Positions 31,825 to 43,057 are shown, numbered from the stretch's first letter. The stretch: DNA of 64,000 bases from an uncultured Verrucomicrobiae bacterium (GCA_963772365.1 CAVYXA010000001.1:1504001-1568000); one strand, 5' to 3'. Translations and numbers: made by a program. Notes: generated by a model from the letters alone, not told the origin.

Positions 31825-31918
31825 GATCCGGAGATTGAGCGCCGTAACGAACGCCCCGAGATGTGGCTTGGCCCGTAAATTGCTTGCCTGTCGGCGTCGC
31901 CCTCAGTAAACTCCACGT

Positions 31919-33337
31919 ATGGCTGGCCAAGGAATGCAGCAATCGCAGAATCTATCTCTGCAGCAAGTCCTTGCCCCGCAACTTCAGCAAAGCCTTCTGA
32001 TTCTTCAGGCGCCGCTCCTCGAACTGCGGAATCTGGTTCAGCAGGAGATGGAAACAAATCCCGTCCTCGAGGAGTTGGCCGATCCGCCGAAATCGGAGGA
32101 GAGCAGCGAGCCGACGAGTTCGGGTGACGATAACTTTAAAGAAGAATTCGATAAGCTGGCCAAGCTCGATGAGGAATGGCGCGATTACATGGCGCAATCG
32201 AGCAGTTACAGCGGGCGCTCGCAAGAAGCGGAGGAAAAGCGGCAGTTCTTTTTCGATTCCATTGCCACTCAGGAAACGCTCCAGCAGCATCTCATGGGGC
32301 AACTTAATCAAACAGTTCTCAACGCGAATGATCGCAAAACGGCGGAGCTGATCATTGGCAATGTTGACGATAACGGTTTTCTCCAGACGACGCCGGACGA
32401 GATGGCGCTCAATACCGGCATACCGAAAGAAGATTTCGATAATATGCTTACGCTCGTCCAGAGTTTTTATCCGCCCGGCGTGGGAGCGCGCGATTTACGG
32501 GAATGTTTGCTGATCCAACTCAAGCGGGAAGGCCGTCAAAGCAGCCTCGAATACAAGATTATTTCCGAGCATATGGCGGATCTGGGTAAACGCCGTTTTC
32601 CCGAGATCGCCCGCCGGATGGGGATCAGCGTCGAACAGGTCCAAAAGTGCGCTAACAATATTGCCCAGCTCGACCCGCGGCCGGGCGCCATCTTTGCCGC
32701 AGCTCCGCAAAATTACGTGCTGCCCGATGTAACGGTCGAGAAAGTGAACGGCCAGTATCAAATCATTCTCAACGGCGAACAAATTCCGCATCTTCGCATC
32801 AGCAACACCTACAAGGACATCATGGCGCAAGACAGCAATGGAAGCGAAGTGAAGGATTACATCCGCGACAAAATCCGTAGTGGGAAATTCCTGATAAAAT
32901 CGATCCACCAGCGCCAGCAAACCATTTCCAACATTGCTCACCAGATCGTGAATCGGCAGCGGGAGTTTTTCGAGCACGGTTCGTCTCATCTCAAACCGAT
33001 GACCATGGTCCAGGTAGCCGATGCTGTGGGAGTGCATGAAACCACTGTGAGCCGCGCCATATCGGGCAAATACATGGCTACGCCACAAGGTGTGTTCGAG
33101 ATGAAATATTTCTTTACCCCTGGTTATCAAACGTCGAGCGGAGAATCGATGAGCAATACCAGCGTCAAAGAAACCATTCTCGATCTTGTCAAAAATGAGG
33201 ATGGAAGTGCGCCATTGAGCGACAAAGAAATTGTCGAGATTCTGAGCAAACGCGGCATCCCGATTGCCCGCCGCACCGTGGCAAAGTATCGGACCGAGTT
33301 AAACATTTTGCCGAGCAACATGCGGCGGAAATACTGA
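31919..33337 (+). CDS. rpoN: RNA polymerase sigma-54 factor
   Basis: Gln-rich N-terminus, HETTVSRA, RpoN box ARRTVAKYR. Confidence 0.97.
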   Translation: MAGQGMQQSQNLSLQQVLAPQLQQSLLILQAPLLELRNLVQQEMETNPVLEELADPPKSEESSEPTSSGDDNFKEEFDKLAKLDEEWRDYMAQSSSYSGRSQEAEEKRQFFFDSIATQETLQQHLMGQLNQTVLNANDRKTAELIIGNVDDNGFLQTTPDEMALNTGIPKEDFDNMLTLVQSFYPPGVGARDLRECLLIQLKREGRQSSLEYKIISEHMADLGKRRFPEIARRMGISVEQVQKCANNIAQLDPRPGAIFAAAPQNYVLPDVTVEKVNGQYQIILNGEQIPHLRISNTYKDIMAQDSNGSEVKDYIRDKIRSGKFLIKSIHQRQQTISNIAHQIVNRQREFFEHGSSHLKPMTMVQVADAVGVHETTVSRAISGKYMATPQGVFEMKYFFTPGYQTSSGESMSNTSVKETILDLVKNEDGSAPLSDKEIVEILSKRGIPIARRTVAKYRTELNILPSNMRRKY

Positions 33338-33420
33338 GTGGCGGCTGCGCTATTCAAAACCGCATCACATTCTCCGACGAGAGGGATCCCTGTAATTCAG
33401 GATAGGTTAACATTGCCAGA

Positions 33421-36270
33421 CTAAGGCCTGGGATTTTGGCTTTGCGACGCAAGGAGTGCTTCGAAGCGTGGATCGTTGCGAAGAGGATCAAACATCGGAT
33501 CGAGCCGAAGCAGTGCTGGCGTGAGTGGCTGGCCTGAAGCAATGGCGCCAGCATACGGCATCCGCAAGAGCTTTTCTAAAGTGGCGAACGCGCGGTCGTG
33601 GTCTCCAGTTTGTGCCGCGACTCTGGCCAGCACCTCCATCGGAAGTGGCCCCGCCATAGCGTCTCGTTCGATCGAATTCATCGCCATCGCTCGTTTCGCC
33701 AGGAACAGAGCCTCAGCCCTGTTGCCAAGAAATGCATTGGTCATGGCCAGAAGCCCGGCGAGGCCCCAATTTTCTGGTTGTTCCTTAAAGTATGACTCGA
33801 ATTCAGTGCGCGCTTTCTGCCAACTTTCCTGGGCCGCAGCATGATCGCCGGCGATTTCTTGCGCCCAGCCCAACCAAAAACGAAAAGCGGCGTTGTAAAA
33901 GCCCAAGGCTGGATCAGGCTTGGCCAATATCTCTTGCAGTCGAGGGATGATACGTGCAGATCGCCGTTCGAGAATCGCTTGATAAAACTGTGTCTCTACA
34001 GCTGAGACATCATCCGCGGCTGGATGCAAAGGAGCGAGTAATGCAGCGGCACGTGGCAAATCGCCTTCGGCTTGCGCGATCGCCGCTTTTGTGGCGACGG
34101 TGTCCACGTCATTCGGAGCAATGTCCAGAACCAAATCAAGCTTTCGCTCCGCTTCCGCGAAACGCCGAAGGCAGACATAGGAAAGGGCGTGTTGTGTCAG
34201 CAGCGTAACGTTTCGCGGATCGAGTCGCTCGGCTTGACGGAAGTACAACTCGCTCCGATCCCAGTCACCCCGCCTTCGGGCAACGCAGGCGAGCGATTCG
34301 GGAATTTGGCTGCTGTTTGGCAGGTAATGACGCGCTTCCTCAAAATAGCGGACCGCGGTATCGTAGTTCCGGAGGCACGCATAATGATAATATCCGATGG
34401 CGAAAACAGCCTCGCCCAGATCAGGTTGCAGAAGGAGTGCGGTTTCAGCTGACTTCCGGGCCTCTGCACGAAGAGCAGGAGTTGGTTGAAGAGTGACGAT
34501 GTTGTATCCACGCGCTTCCACGTGCGAGAGAAGTGCCCAGGCAAGGGCAAACTTGGGATCCAGGTGCACGGCCCGTCGAAGATTTTTCTGTGCGGCCAGC
34601 ATGTTGGCCGGCGTACTTGCGGTTTTTGAGCTACAGACGAGTCCGCGCAGATAGGCGTCATATGCATCGATGCTGTCAGTTGGTTCGGCACCCATGACCT
34701 GCTCTTCGTCACCGGTGAGCCTCGCCTGCAGCTGGTCGGCAACCGATTTCGCAACCTCATTTTCGACAGAAAAGATGTCCGTCAGTTTTCGATCAAAACT
34801 TTCGGCCCAAATACGCGAACCGTCCGATGCACGAATTAACTGCACGTTGATCCGCATTGTGTAGCCGCTCTTCTGCACGCTTCCTTCCAAAACGTTTGTG
34901 ACGCCAAGTTGTTTAGCGATCTCACCCAGATTTTGCGGCATGCTTTTGTATCCCAGAGTGGAAGTACGCGAAACTACCCTCAAATCGGCAATCCTGGACA
35001 GTCGCGTGAGAATCTCGTCGTGAATACCATCGGCAAAGTAGGCATTGGCTTTTTCTTCAGTTCGGTTTTCAAAAGGGAGAACGGCCACAGTCTTCTCTGG
35101 AACGAAAGATTGTTGTGTAGACGCGATCGGTTCGCAAAGCAGCCATATGACTGCAGCGCCAAGTAAAAAGCATGCCGCCGCGGCCGTGGCTAGCTTTGGA
35201 TTTCGTCGCGACCAGGTCCGGATACGAGTGGCCAAGAATGGCGGCCGGGCAATGATCGGTCGACTTTCCAGCCAGCGCTCAAGATCGACAGCCAATTCGG
35301 CGGCACTGTGATAACGGGCCCGCGGTTCGCGTTCCAAACATTTGGCGCAGATCGTTTCAAGGTCGCGATCCAACCCCGGCGCCAGCGTGTGCAGTTTCGG
35401 GGCCGATTTTTCAGATGCTTGCTGAATGACGGCCAACGCCTGCTCGCCTAGAAATGGCGGGCGTCCGGCAAGCAGATCAAACAAAATGGCGCCCAGACTG
35501 TACACATCAGCCGCCCCCGATGTGAGCTTGGCTGCGCCTTTGATTTGCTCTGGGGCAACGTAACCCGGTGTTCCGAAAATTGTTAGCGTGCGTGTAAGAT
35601 CGCTCGAACCATCGAGCCACTTTGCCAGACCGAAATCGCTCACCATCGGCTCGCCGCGCGCGTCGAGCATAATATTTCCCGGCTTCAAGTCCCGGTGCAG
35701 GATTCCCTGCGAATGCGCGTATTGCACCGCCCGTGCGACTTTCGCCATCAGCCCTACGCACCGACGCGGGTCTCTCCGCAGCGCGGTTCTGGCTTCCAGC
35801 AAGCTGCCACCGGCTGCGTATTTCATGCTGAAAAAAGGCAGGCCATCTTCGCCTTCACCGACTTCGTAAATCGGTAAAATGTTTGGATGATCGAGGCTTG
35901 CTGCTGCCTCGGCTTCACGCCGAAACCGCGCAAGGGTTTCTTTCGAATCCGCATGATGGGACAGAATCCGCTTGAGCGCGACAATCCGGCGAGAATGGCG
36001 CTGTCTTGCCCGATAAATAACACCCATTCCGCCGCGGCCGATCTCTTCTAGAATTTGATAGTTGCCAAACCGCCAATCGGTATCGCGGATATCGATTTCG
36101 ACCAGAGCCGCGGCGAATGATTCGCGATCGCACTCGGCATCAAAAGGTGGTTGCAGCAGGCAACCCACACAAAGGCCATTCTCTACCCGCACGACCGAGC
36201 CGCAGCGTTCGCAGGCGCTCGTCTCGGCCAAGATTCCAGCATGCGAATCAGTTAGGCCATTGGAAATCAT
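33421..36270 (-). CDS. Ser/Thr protein kinase with TolB-N-like domain and TPRs
   Basis: GRGGMGVIY, HRDLKPGN, DFGLAK; VAVLPFEN domain; DPMFDPLRNDPRF tail; N-terminal CxxC...CxxC. Confidence 0.92.
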   Translation of the reverse strand: MISNGLTDSHAGILAETSACERCGSVVRVENGLCVGCLLQPPFDAECDRESFAAALVEIDIRDTDWRFGNYQILEEIGRGGMGVIYRARQRHSRRIVALKRILSHHADSKETLARFRREAEAAASLDHPNILPIYEVGEGEDGLPFFSMKYAAGGSLLEARTALRRDPRRCVGLMAKVARAVQYAHSQGILHRDLKPGNIMLDARGEPMVSDFGLAKWLDGSSDLTRTLTIFGTPGYVAPEQIKGAAKLTSGAADVYSLGAILFDLLAGRPPFLGEQALAVIQQASEKSAPKLHTLAPGLDRDLETICAKCLEREPRARYHSAAELAVDLERWLESRPIIARPPFLATRIRTWSRRNPKLATAAAACFLLGAAVIWLLCEPIASTQQSFVPEKTVAVLPFENRTEEKANAYFADGIHDEILTRLSRIADLRVVSRTSTLGYKSMPQNLGEIAKQLGVTNVLEGSVQKSGYTMRINVQLIRASDGSRIWAESFDRKLTDIFSVENEVAKSVADQLQARLTGDEEQVMGAEPTDSIDAYDAYLRGLVCSSKTASTPANMLAAQKNLRRAVHLDPKFALAWALLSHVEARGYNIVTLQPTPALRAEARKSAETALLLQPDLGEAVFAIGYYHYACLRNYDTAVRYFEEARHYLPNSSQIPESLACVARRRGDWDRSELYFRQAERLDPRNVTLLTQHALSYVCLRRFAEAERKLDLVLDIAPNDVDTVATKAAIAQAEGDLPRAAALLAPLHPAADDVSAVETQFYQAILERRSARIIPRLQEILAKPDPALGFYNAAFRFWLGWAQEIAGDHAAAQESWQKARTEFESYFKEQPENWGLAGLLAMTNAFLGNRAEALFLAKRAMAMNSIERDAMAGPLPMEVLARVAAQTGDHDRAFATLEKLLRMPYAGAIASGQPLTPALLRLDPMFDPLRNDPRFEALLASQSQNPRP

Positions 36271-36290
36271 GATTCGTAAGCGTTGAATCG

Positions 36291-37064
36291 TTAGCTCGGT
36301 CCAGCTCCGGCAAGCGCCGAGCAAAGATAGCGCACTTCATCATCAATCGAAGCTGGCGATTCAACGGTATCTGCGACTTCTTCGCGCAAGAGCGCGCGAT
36401 ACCGTTGTCGCATCAGGTGCAACAACTTTTTGACGGCAGGCTCAGTTGCACCAATGCGTCTGGCCAGATTCACGATCGAAACATCCGTGCGCTCGGCCAT
36501 CAATATGCTGCTAAGCGCATCGAAGACGCGGCGACGGCCTCGCGCTTCGCATTCCTCCGCGAGCCGCCTCAAGGCGCGTTCGACAACGGTGGCAGCCCAC
36601 CGCAAATCAAAAATTTGTTCCGGCGACGAGCTGGCCAGCGCTTTCTCCGGAATCAACAGCCGCGAAGGCGCTTCCGCCATCCAATCATCCCATGAGACAA
36701 ATTCCACGTCACCGCCCCGTTTCCGTGTGGCGCGCTTGTCCTTCTCATCGTTGAGGAAATTGTTCAATGCTTTGAGCAGCAAAGAACGAAATCGACCGCG
36801 TTCGGGGTCGGCCCGCTTCAGGAGTTTTCCATCGAGCACTTTGAGAAAAAAATCCTGCGTGAGATCCTGTGCATCCACCGCGGAATGACCGCGCTGACAG
36901 ATATAAGCGAAAATGGGACGCCAGTAAGTCTGACAGAGTTGCGCTAGAGCATCACGCGCTACCCGACTATTAACAGACGAGGTGGCACACTGGAGAACGA
37001 CGCTCCAGCGGGTCGTTGCGAATCGACCGGGTTTCCCATTCTGCCTGGCAGCCATCTCTATCAT
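36291..37064 (-). CDS. ECF sigma factor (kinase-associated PVC type)
   Basis: FATTRWS, YWRPIFAY, DAQDLTQDFF, RGRFRS. Confidence 0.88.
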   Translation of the reverse strand: MIEMAARQNGKPGRFATTRWSVVLQCATSSVNSRVARDALAQLCQTYWRPIFAYICQRGHSAVDAQDLTQDFFLKVLDGKLLKRADPERGRFRSLLLKALNNFLNDEKDKRATRKRGGDVEFVSWDDWMAEAPSRLLIPEKALASSSPEQIFDLRWAATVVERALRRLAEECEARGRRRVFDALSSILMAERTDVSIVNLARRIGATEPAVKKLLHLMRQRYRALLREEVADTVESPASIDDEVRYLCSALAGAGPS

Positions 37065-37240
37065 CGACGCCGCCGATTCTCTCTTTTACGCAAATGTCAG
37101 GCAAGCTCGTATTCATGACGGACGTAAAGCTCTTCGAAAGTTACGAATAATTCGAAGTGTGCTCGGCAAAACCGCTCGGATTCAGGATGTTGAAAGTCGG
37201 TCTCTGGGATTAGCCAGGGCGGCCAGCGGTCGGCGATAGT

Positions 37241-37918
37241 TTATCCCGTACAATATTCACGCGCCCCTGCATTAAGGGCTTTGGTGTCGGGGTAGCCGAG
37301 CTTCCGCCCAAGATGTTTGCAGTGTGTTTGCACAGTGGTTTTGCTGATCCCGAGGCGTTTCGAAATTGCTGCGACGCCTTCTCCCATGGCGATCAGTGAA
37401 AAGATCGCCAGCTCAATCTCGCTAAGTACATCAAGCGGATCCGGAACGGGACTGCGCCCGGCAAATCGCTGCACAGCCAGAGAAGCAATGTCCCTGCTGA
37501 CGTAAATCTCTCCGGCGGCGACCGTGCTAATCGCTCGGAGCAATTCTGCCTCCGGGTTCTTTTTCATCCAGTACCCGCTCGCTCCTGCTCGGAGCGCGCG
37601 CTCGGCATAAATGCGTTCCGCCTGACTAGAAACTACCAGGACTCGCGTGTGAGAAAATTCCGTGACCAGATCGCGGATCCATTGCAGTGCGTCGCAGTTT
37701 TCCAAAAATGGTTCCAGCAACAAAACATCTGGTTGAAGATCGCGAATCAACCGCATCGCCTCGGAATAATCATGCGCTGTGCCGCATACTCGATACTCCT
37801 CCCGTTGCGCAACGATCCTCGCGAGTTCGCGCGCTCCGGACGGTTTTTCATCCACAATGACAATGAAATAAGCCCGAGTCCGGCCCGGCTTGCTGCTTTC
37901 GGAAACAAGGGAAGTCAT
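37241..37918 (-). CDS. NarL/LuxR-family response regulator with degenerate receiver
   Basis: IVIVDE...PDVLLLE (Glu at the phosphoacceptor position), ALRAGASGY, C-terminal HTH (LGISKTTVQTH). Confidence 0.82.
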   Translation of the reverse strand: MTSLVSESSKPGRTRAYFIVIVDEKPSGARELARIVAQREEYRVCGTAHDYSEAMRLIRDLQPDVLLLEPFLENCDALQWIRDLVTEFSHTRVLVVSSQAERIYAERALRAGASGYWMKKNPEAELLRAISTVAAGEIYVSRDIASLAVQRFAGRSPVPDPLDVLSEIELAIFSLIAMGEGVAAISKRLGISKTTVQTHCKHLGRKLGYPDTKALNAGAREYCTG

Positions 37919-38028
37919 TGGCCCCTTGCAATTCTTTCCGAGAATTTCGCGAGGAAGATTCTGCGTAATGTCAGATTTGCACGAAATCAATATTTCACCT
38001 GGCACGAATAATCCGCTAAAAGGGAAAC

Positions 38029-38388
38029 ATGACCCCAAAGATGCGAGCTGCCGTGATCGCGGAATGGCGCGGGTTGCCAGGCAAACAACCACTGCGCGAG
38101 CGATGGCAATCGCCGGGCGAGGTATTGCCAAAACTGATCCAGCGCCTTGGATTACGGGAACGCTTACACGAAACCGAAGTGATTGAAGCGTGGGCCGCGA
38201 TCGTGGGCGAATTCCTCGCCACGCATTCGGCACCGATCGCATTGCGCGACGGCATTCTCTACGTCCGTGTTCTCCAGCCAGCGTTACATTACGAGCTCGA
38301 TCAGGTTTCGAAGATCGACATCTTACGAAAGCTCAAACAGCGATTCGGCGGAAAGACGATCCGCGATGTTCGTTTTCGGATTGGTTGA
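38029..38388 (+). CDS. DUF721/DciA family protein
   Basis: W.AIVGE.LA.HS.P...GIL.V.V...IRDVRF pattern. Confidence 0.8.
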   Translation: MTPKMRAAVIAEWRGLPGKQPLRERWQSPGEVLPKLIQRLGLRERLHETEVIEAWAAIVGEFLATHSAPIALRDGILYVRVLQPALHYELDQVSKIDILRKLKQRFGGKTIRDVRFRIG

Positions 38389-38399
38389 ATCTGCCTCTT

Positions 38400-38753
38400 C
38401 TATTGCCAATGACCTTCGATCCAGACCGAGCCGCCCGGTCTTGGGATCCAATGGCCTTCTACCCAGACCGCCGTCGGCGTTGGCCGAGCGATCCAACTTC
38501 CGCCGATCCACACATAACGGGTGCCGGTCCACCGCCAATGGCCCGTTGACCAGACGTAACCGGGTCCGGGAGCCGCGGTCCTGGTTTCGATTCGGACTGC
38601 CGGTGGCGCTTGAGCGACCACCACTTCTCCCATGCCGGGGCGAGTCGTAGTGGTGACTTCGCGCGTGACCGTGGTGGTTGTTTCCACCGGCTGAGCGGCA
38701 CAGCCGACCAAGAAAAGCGCCGGCAATGTCAAAAGATAACGAAAACGATTCAT
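38400..38753 (-). CDS. YXWGXW-repeat lipoprotein
   Basis: Lipobox LVGC; repeats VWSTGHW, VWIGGSW, VWVEGHW, VWIEGHW. Confidence 0.85.
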   Translation of the reverse strand: MNRFRYLLTLPALFLVGCAAQPVETTTTVTREVTTTTRPGMGEVVVAQAPPAVRIETRTAAPGPGYVWSTGHWRWTGTRYVWIGGSWIARPTPTAVWVEGHWIPRPGGSVWIEGHWQ

Positions 38754-38863
38754 AAGCTCCTCCTCCTGTTGATTCGTTTGCCGGAGGTTCTTCGGTTTTG
38801 CAAGTGGATTGATTCGTCGCCCACACGCTGGCGCGGCCGGTGGTTCTGTCGCATTATCTTTTC

Positions 38864-39532
38864 ATGCTTTACGTGGTCGCAACACCGATCGGTAATCTTG
38901 GCGACATCACCCGCCGCGCGCTCGATGTCTTGAACGCTGTCGATCTTATTGCTGCGGAAGACACGCGCCACTCGGGCATGTTGCTTGTGCATTTCGGAAT
39001 CAAAAAACCACTGCTGAGTTATCACGAGCACAACGAAGCCATGCGCACTGCTCAATTGCTGGAAAAACTCGCCGCCGGACAAAACGTGGCATTGATTACA
39101 GACGCCGGAACGCCTGGCCTTTCTGATCCTGGAGCGCGACTGATTCGCGAATGCATTAAACGCGAGTTGCCATTCACAGTGATTCCCGGCCCATCGGCAA
39201 TTCTAACAGCACTCGTCGGCTCTGGATTTTCGCTGGAAAAATTCTGTTTCCGCGGATTTCTGCCGGTAAAAAGCGGCCAGCGTGAACGCGAATTACGCAC
39301 CGCCGCGGACCGCGACGAGACCACGATCTTTTTCGAGTCGCCTTACCGATTAAACAAGACTCTCGCTACATGCACTGGGATTATGGCGGATCGACAACTT
39401 TGCGTGGCCCGAGAGCTGACGAAGAAATTCGAGGAATTTCGCCGTGGTACGGCCAAAGAACTTCTGGCGCATTACCAGGCGCACCCGGCAAAGGGCGAAA
39501 TCGTGCTCTTAATCTCAGGCAAGGGCGATTGA
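38864..39532 (+). CDS. rsmI: 16S rRNA (C1402-2'-O)-methyltransferase
   Basis: LYVVATPIGNL, AEDTR, DAGTP.LSDPG, RELTKKFEE. Confidence 0.95.
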   Translation: MLYVVATPIGNLGDITRRALDVLNAVDLIAAEDTRHSGMLLVHFGIKKPLLSYHEHNEAMRTAQLLEKLAAGQNVALITDAGTPGLSDPGARLIRECIKRELPFTVIPGPSAILTALVGSGFSLEKFCFRGFLPVKSGQRERELRTAADRDETTIFFESPYRLNKTLATCTGIMADRQLCVARELTKKFEEFRRGTAKELLAHYQAHPAKGEIVLLISGKGD

Positions 39533-39638
39533 ATCAAATCGCCCGCGGCTCGCGCCTTCGGAGAAACCGATCCACCTTTCAACTTGCGAAACCAAGCCAT
39601 TTGTGGAACTTTGCGCCTCTTTTCCCCGGGGAAACGTT

Positions 39639-39968
39639 ATGGCTTACGTGATTATCAGAACTGGTGGCCGCCAATATCGGGTCGCGGAAGGCGAAACGGT
39701 TGATGTTGATCTTCTCGATGTGGAGCCTGGCAAAACCGCCAGTTTTGAAGTGCTCGCCCACGTTGATGGCGATAAAGTCACTTTTGGCGCCGGCAAGGTA
39801 ACCGCGGAAGTCGTCGAACAGCGAAAGGACAAAAAGGTCATCGCCTTCAAATACAAACGGCGAAAAGGTTATCATCGAACCGTCGGGCATCGGCGTAAAT
39901 TGACCCGGCTAAAAATCAAATCGATCGGGGGCACTAAAAAATCGACGGGCAAAACGAGCGACGAATAA
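39639..39968 (+). CDS. rplU: 50S ribosomal protein bL21
   Basis: [16 protein letters not shown]...GHR. Confidence 0.96.
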   Translation: MAYVIIRTGGRQYRVAEGETVDVDLLDVEPGKTASFEVLAHVDGDKVTFGAGKVTAEVVEQRKDKKVIAFKYKRRKGYHRTVGHRRKLTRLKIKSIGGTKKSTGKTSDE

Positions 39969-40009
39969 ATTTCATCCTTCCTCCCTCAACCTTCATCCCT
40001 TCTCTCACA

Positions 40010-40267
40010 ATGGCTCACAAAAAAGGACAAGGCAGCGTTAAAAACGGGCGCGACAGCGTCAGCAAACGTCTGGGCGTGAAAAAATTTGGCAGCGAGCTCG
40101 TGGTCGCTGGCAATATCATCGTGCGGCAACGCGGCACGAAATTTGTGCCCGGCAGAAATGTTGGGCTCGGACGCGATTACACGATCTTCGCCCTCGTAGA
40201 CGGCAATGTGCGCTTTGATCGGGGCGGGCGGCGGGTGAATGTCGATCCTGCGCAAGCGTCATCCTAA
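40010..40267 (+). CDS. rpmA: 50S ribosomal protein bL27
   Basis: [25 protein letters not shown]. Confidence 0.97.
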   Translation: MAHKKGQGSVKNGRDSVSKRLGVKKFGSELVVAGNIIVRQRGTKFVPGRNVGLGRDYTIFALVDGNVRFDRGGRRVNVDPAQASS

Positions 40268-40377
40268 GCGCAGCGAAGTCGAAGCACCCCGCGGCAAGGC
40301 CTCAGTCTTTGTTACCTGGACTCGGTTCACGAAGCTTGCCGACTTAGATGCTTTTGCGGTATAACGACATTTCTGCC

Positions 40378-40978
40378 ATGAAATACAACACCTTTATCCT
40401 TTTTGGCGCGCCGGGCAGTGGCAAAGGGCACTCAGGGCAAAACGCTCGGCACAATCCCGCGCTTTTATCATTGCGCCTGTGGCGATGTCTTTCGCTCCAT
40501 CGACACCCGCACAAAAGTTGGAAAGGCGTTTCTGGATTACTCCAGCAAAGGCAAACTCGTCCCGGACGAGATCACGGTCGAACTCTGGAAGGAAGCGATC
40601 GATGCCGCGGTGGAAGCGCACAAGTTCAAACCCGATATCGACATTCTGGTTCTCGACGGGATACCTCGGAACGTCGGCCAGGCCAAAATCATGGACGACA
40701 TGATCGATGTAAAGAAAGTTTTTCACCTGTCCTGCCCGAATCGCGACACGCTTTTCTATCGCTTGAAGAAACGCGCTCTCAAAGACAATCGGCTCGACGA
40801 TGCCAACGAAGAAGTGATCCAGCGCCGGCTGGAGATCTATGACACAGATTCGAAGCCCGTGCTCAGTCATTATCCTAAAGAAGCTGTGACGGTCATTGAC
40901 GCGACGCAGCCGCCCGCGAAAGTTCTGCTGGATATTCTGCACAGCATGAACGGCGCGTATGAACCAGCAGCAGTTTGA
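40378..40978 (+). CDS. Adenylate kinase-family NMP kinase (short LID); frameshift near 40428
   Basis: GAPGSGKG/TQG P-loop broken at a G-run; LVPDEIT, LDGIPR, R.DD. Confidence 0.85.
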
Positions 40979-41201
40979 GAATTTCACCGCATCGACTCTT
41001 TATTGCGACAAATGCAAGGCCACGATGCCGGTCCGTGAGCGATTGCTCTTAGTTCTGCCCGACAAGGAAATTTTCGATTATCTTTGCACCGGCTGCGGCT
41101 CGTCGGTCGGTTCGCGCGAAGTTACTGCCGGCGATAAATTGATGGCTCAGGCCATGGCTGGCCGGTCGCGGCGCGCCCCTAATTCCATTCGCCTGCGCTA
41201 G
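40959..41201 (+). CDS. Small dual-CxxC Zn-ribbon protein
   Basis: CDKC...VRERLLLVLP...CTGC; overlaps the kinase stop. Confidence 0.7.
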   Translation: MNQQQFENFTASTLYCDKCKATMPVRERLLLVLPDKEIFDYLCTGCGSSVGSREVTAGDKLMAQAMAGRSRRAPNSIRLR

Positions 41202-41205
41202 TCGA

Positions 41206-42120
41206 ATGCGCATCGTCTTTATCGGCTCCGGTGAAATCGGTGTGCCGACTTTGCGAGCGTTGCTCAAATCAGAGCACGAGATCATCGCGGTCGTTACCCA
41301 GCCGGATAAACCGGTCGGGCGGGAACAACATCTGGAGCCACCGCCAATCAAGAAAGAACTCGATAGGGCGCGACCGCTGGACGCGCCGGCGATCTTGCAA
41401 CCGGCGAAAATCAAAGATCGACAAGCAATCGAACAGATTCGGGCGTTCCATCCGGAGGTAATCGTCGTGATGGCTTACGGCCAAATTCTGCCAAAGGAAC
41501 TTCTGGATATTCCTTCGATCGCTTGCCTCAATTTGCACGCCTCTCTTTTGCCACGCTGGCGTGGCGCCGCGCCCATTCAAGCCGCGATCGCGGCGGGCGA
41601 CGCCGAGACTGGTATTACGATTATGTACATCGCCGAAGGACTCGACACCGGGGATATTCTGCTCCAACGCAGGATCGACATCTCGCCGGACGACACCGGT
41701 GGCTCGCTTCACGATCGGCTCGCGCAAATTGCTCCTGAAGCATTATTTGAATCCTTGCTGATGCTTTCCACCGAAACCGCGCCGCGCATTGCCCAGGACA
41801 ACTCGATCGCAACTTACGCACCGAAATTAAAGCGCGACAACGGGCGAATCGATTGGACTGAGCACGCGGAAATCATCGAACGAAAAATCCGAGCGTACAA
41901 TCCCTGGCCGGGAGCATTTATGGAGCTAACCGGCCGGCATCTAAAAATCTTTTCCGCATCCATTGTCGATCTTAACGGAAAGCCCGGCGAGATTTTGCGA
42001 AGCGATAATGAGTTCATCATTGCAGCAGGAAAGAGCGCGTTGTTATTGCGCGAAGTGCAGTTGGAAGGGAAGCGCCGGATGAGCGCGGCGGAGTTTCTGT
42101 GCGGGCGCCGCGATTTCTAA
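41206..42120 (+). CDS. fmt: Methionyl-tRNA formyltransferase
   Basis: VVTQPD, NLHASLLP.WRGAAP, LDTGD. Confidence 0.96.
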   Translation: MRIVFIGSGEIGVPTLRALLKSEHEIIAVVTQPDKPVGREQHLEPPPIKKELDRARPLDAPAILQPAKIKDRQAIEQIRAFHPEVIVVMAYGQILPKELLDIPSIACLNLHASLLPRWRGAAPIQAAIAAGDAETGITIMYIAEGLDTGDILLQRRIDISPDDTGGSLHDRLAQIAPEALFESLLMLSTETAPRIAQDNSIATYAPKLKRDNGRIDWTEHAEIIERKIRAYNPWPGAFMELTGRHLKIFSASIVDLNGKPGEILRSDNEFIIAAGKSALLLREVQLEGKRRMSAAEFLCGRRDF

Positions 42121-42260
42121 AGCGGTGCGAAGACGCCCCGCACTCCGACAGTCCGCCTTCGGACGGACTCGTCCCGTGGCGAGCTTCGCCAAACACAAAC
42201 GCGTCTGGAGTTGTTTTGCACGAAGTGCTTTGGAGTGCGACCGCGTCCTCGCGTCGCTTT
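42119..42260. repeat. REP/REPIN-like inverted pair, copy A
   Basis: AAAGCGGTGCGAAGACGCCCCGCACTCC ... GGAGTGCGACCGCGTCCTCGCGTCGCTTT; related arms at 46536-46623. Confidence 0.7.
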
Positions 42261-42335
42261 CGGCAGGCGCACTTCAGATGTTCCACGCATTTTGCTTTTC
42301 AAACGTCGTGCTCTCCTGTTTGATTTGCCCTGCGC

Positions 42336-43057
42336 ATGAACACGGACTCGCCGGCCTACAAACGAATTGTGCTGAAGTTGAGCGGTGAAGCGCTTCAGGA
42401 ACGTGGCGCGCGCGATAATATTTCGCCGGCGGTCGTGCGCGAGATCGCCGAACGAATCAAAGAGGTGAACCAGCTTGGCGTGCAGGTCGCCATCGTGATC
42501 GGCGGTGGAAACATTTGGCGCGGCGTTTCGGCGTCGCATCGGGGAATGGATCGCACGACGGCGGATTACATGGGAATGCTCGCTACGGTCATCAACGCGC
42601 TGGCTCTGCGAAGCACACTTGCCCAGATCGGAGTCGAAGCACGGGTCCAGACAGCGATTGAAATGAAAAATGTGGCCGAGTCGTTCATTCTCGGCCGAGC
42701 CATTCGACATCTCGAGCTGGGACGTGTGGTAATTTTCGCCGGCGGAACAGGCAACCCTTATTTTTCGACCGACACCACGGCGGCTTTGCGGGCGAGTGAA
42801 ATTCGCGCCGACGTGATCCTGAAAGCCACGAAAGTAGATGGCGTTTACGATCGCGATCCAACGAAACATTCCGATGCGAAGCGTTACGATCGCCTTACAT
42901 TTAGTGAAGCACTAGCCAAACGACTGCAAATCATGGATTCGACCGCATTCAGCCTTTGCATGGACAACAAGATTCCCATAGTCGTGTTCGATATGTATAA
43001 GCCGGGCATTCTTCGCGAGGCCGTGCTCGGTCATAAGGTCGGAACATGGTCGTTTGA
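42336..43057 (+). CDS. pyrH: UMP kinase; a probable 1-nt deletion near 43047 bypasses its stop
   Basis: [28 protein letters not shown]; restoring one base gives KVGTxVV*. Confidence 0.93.
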
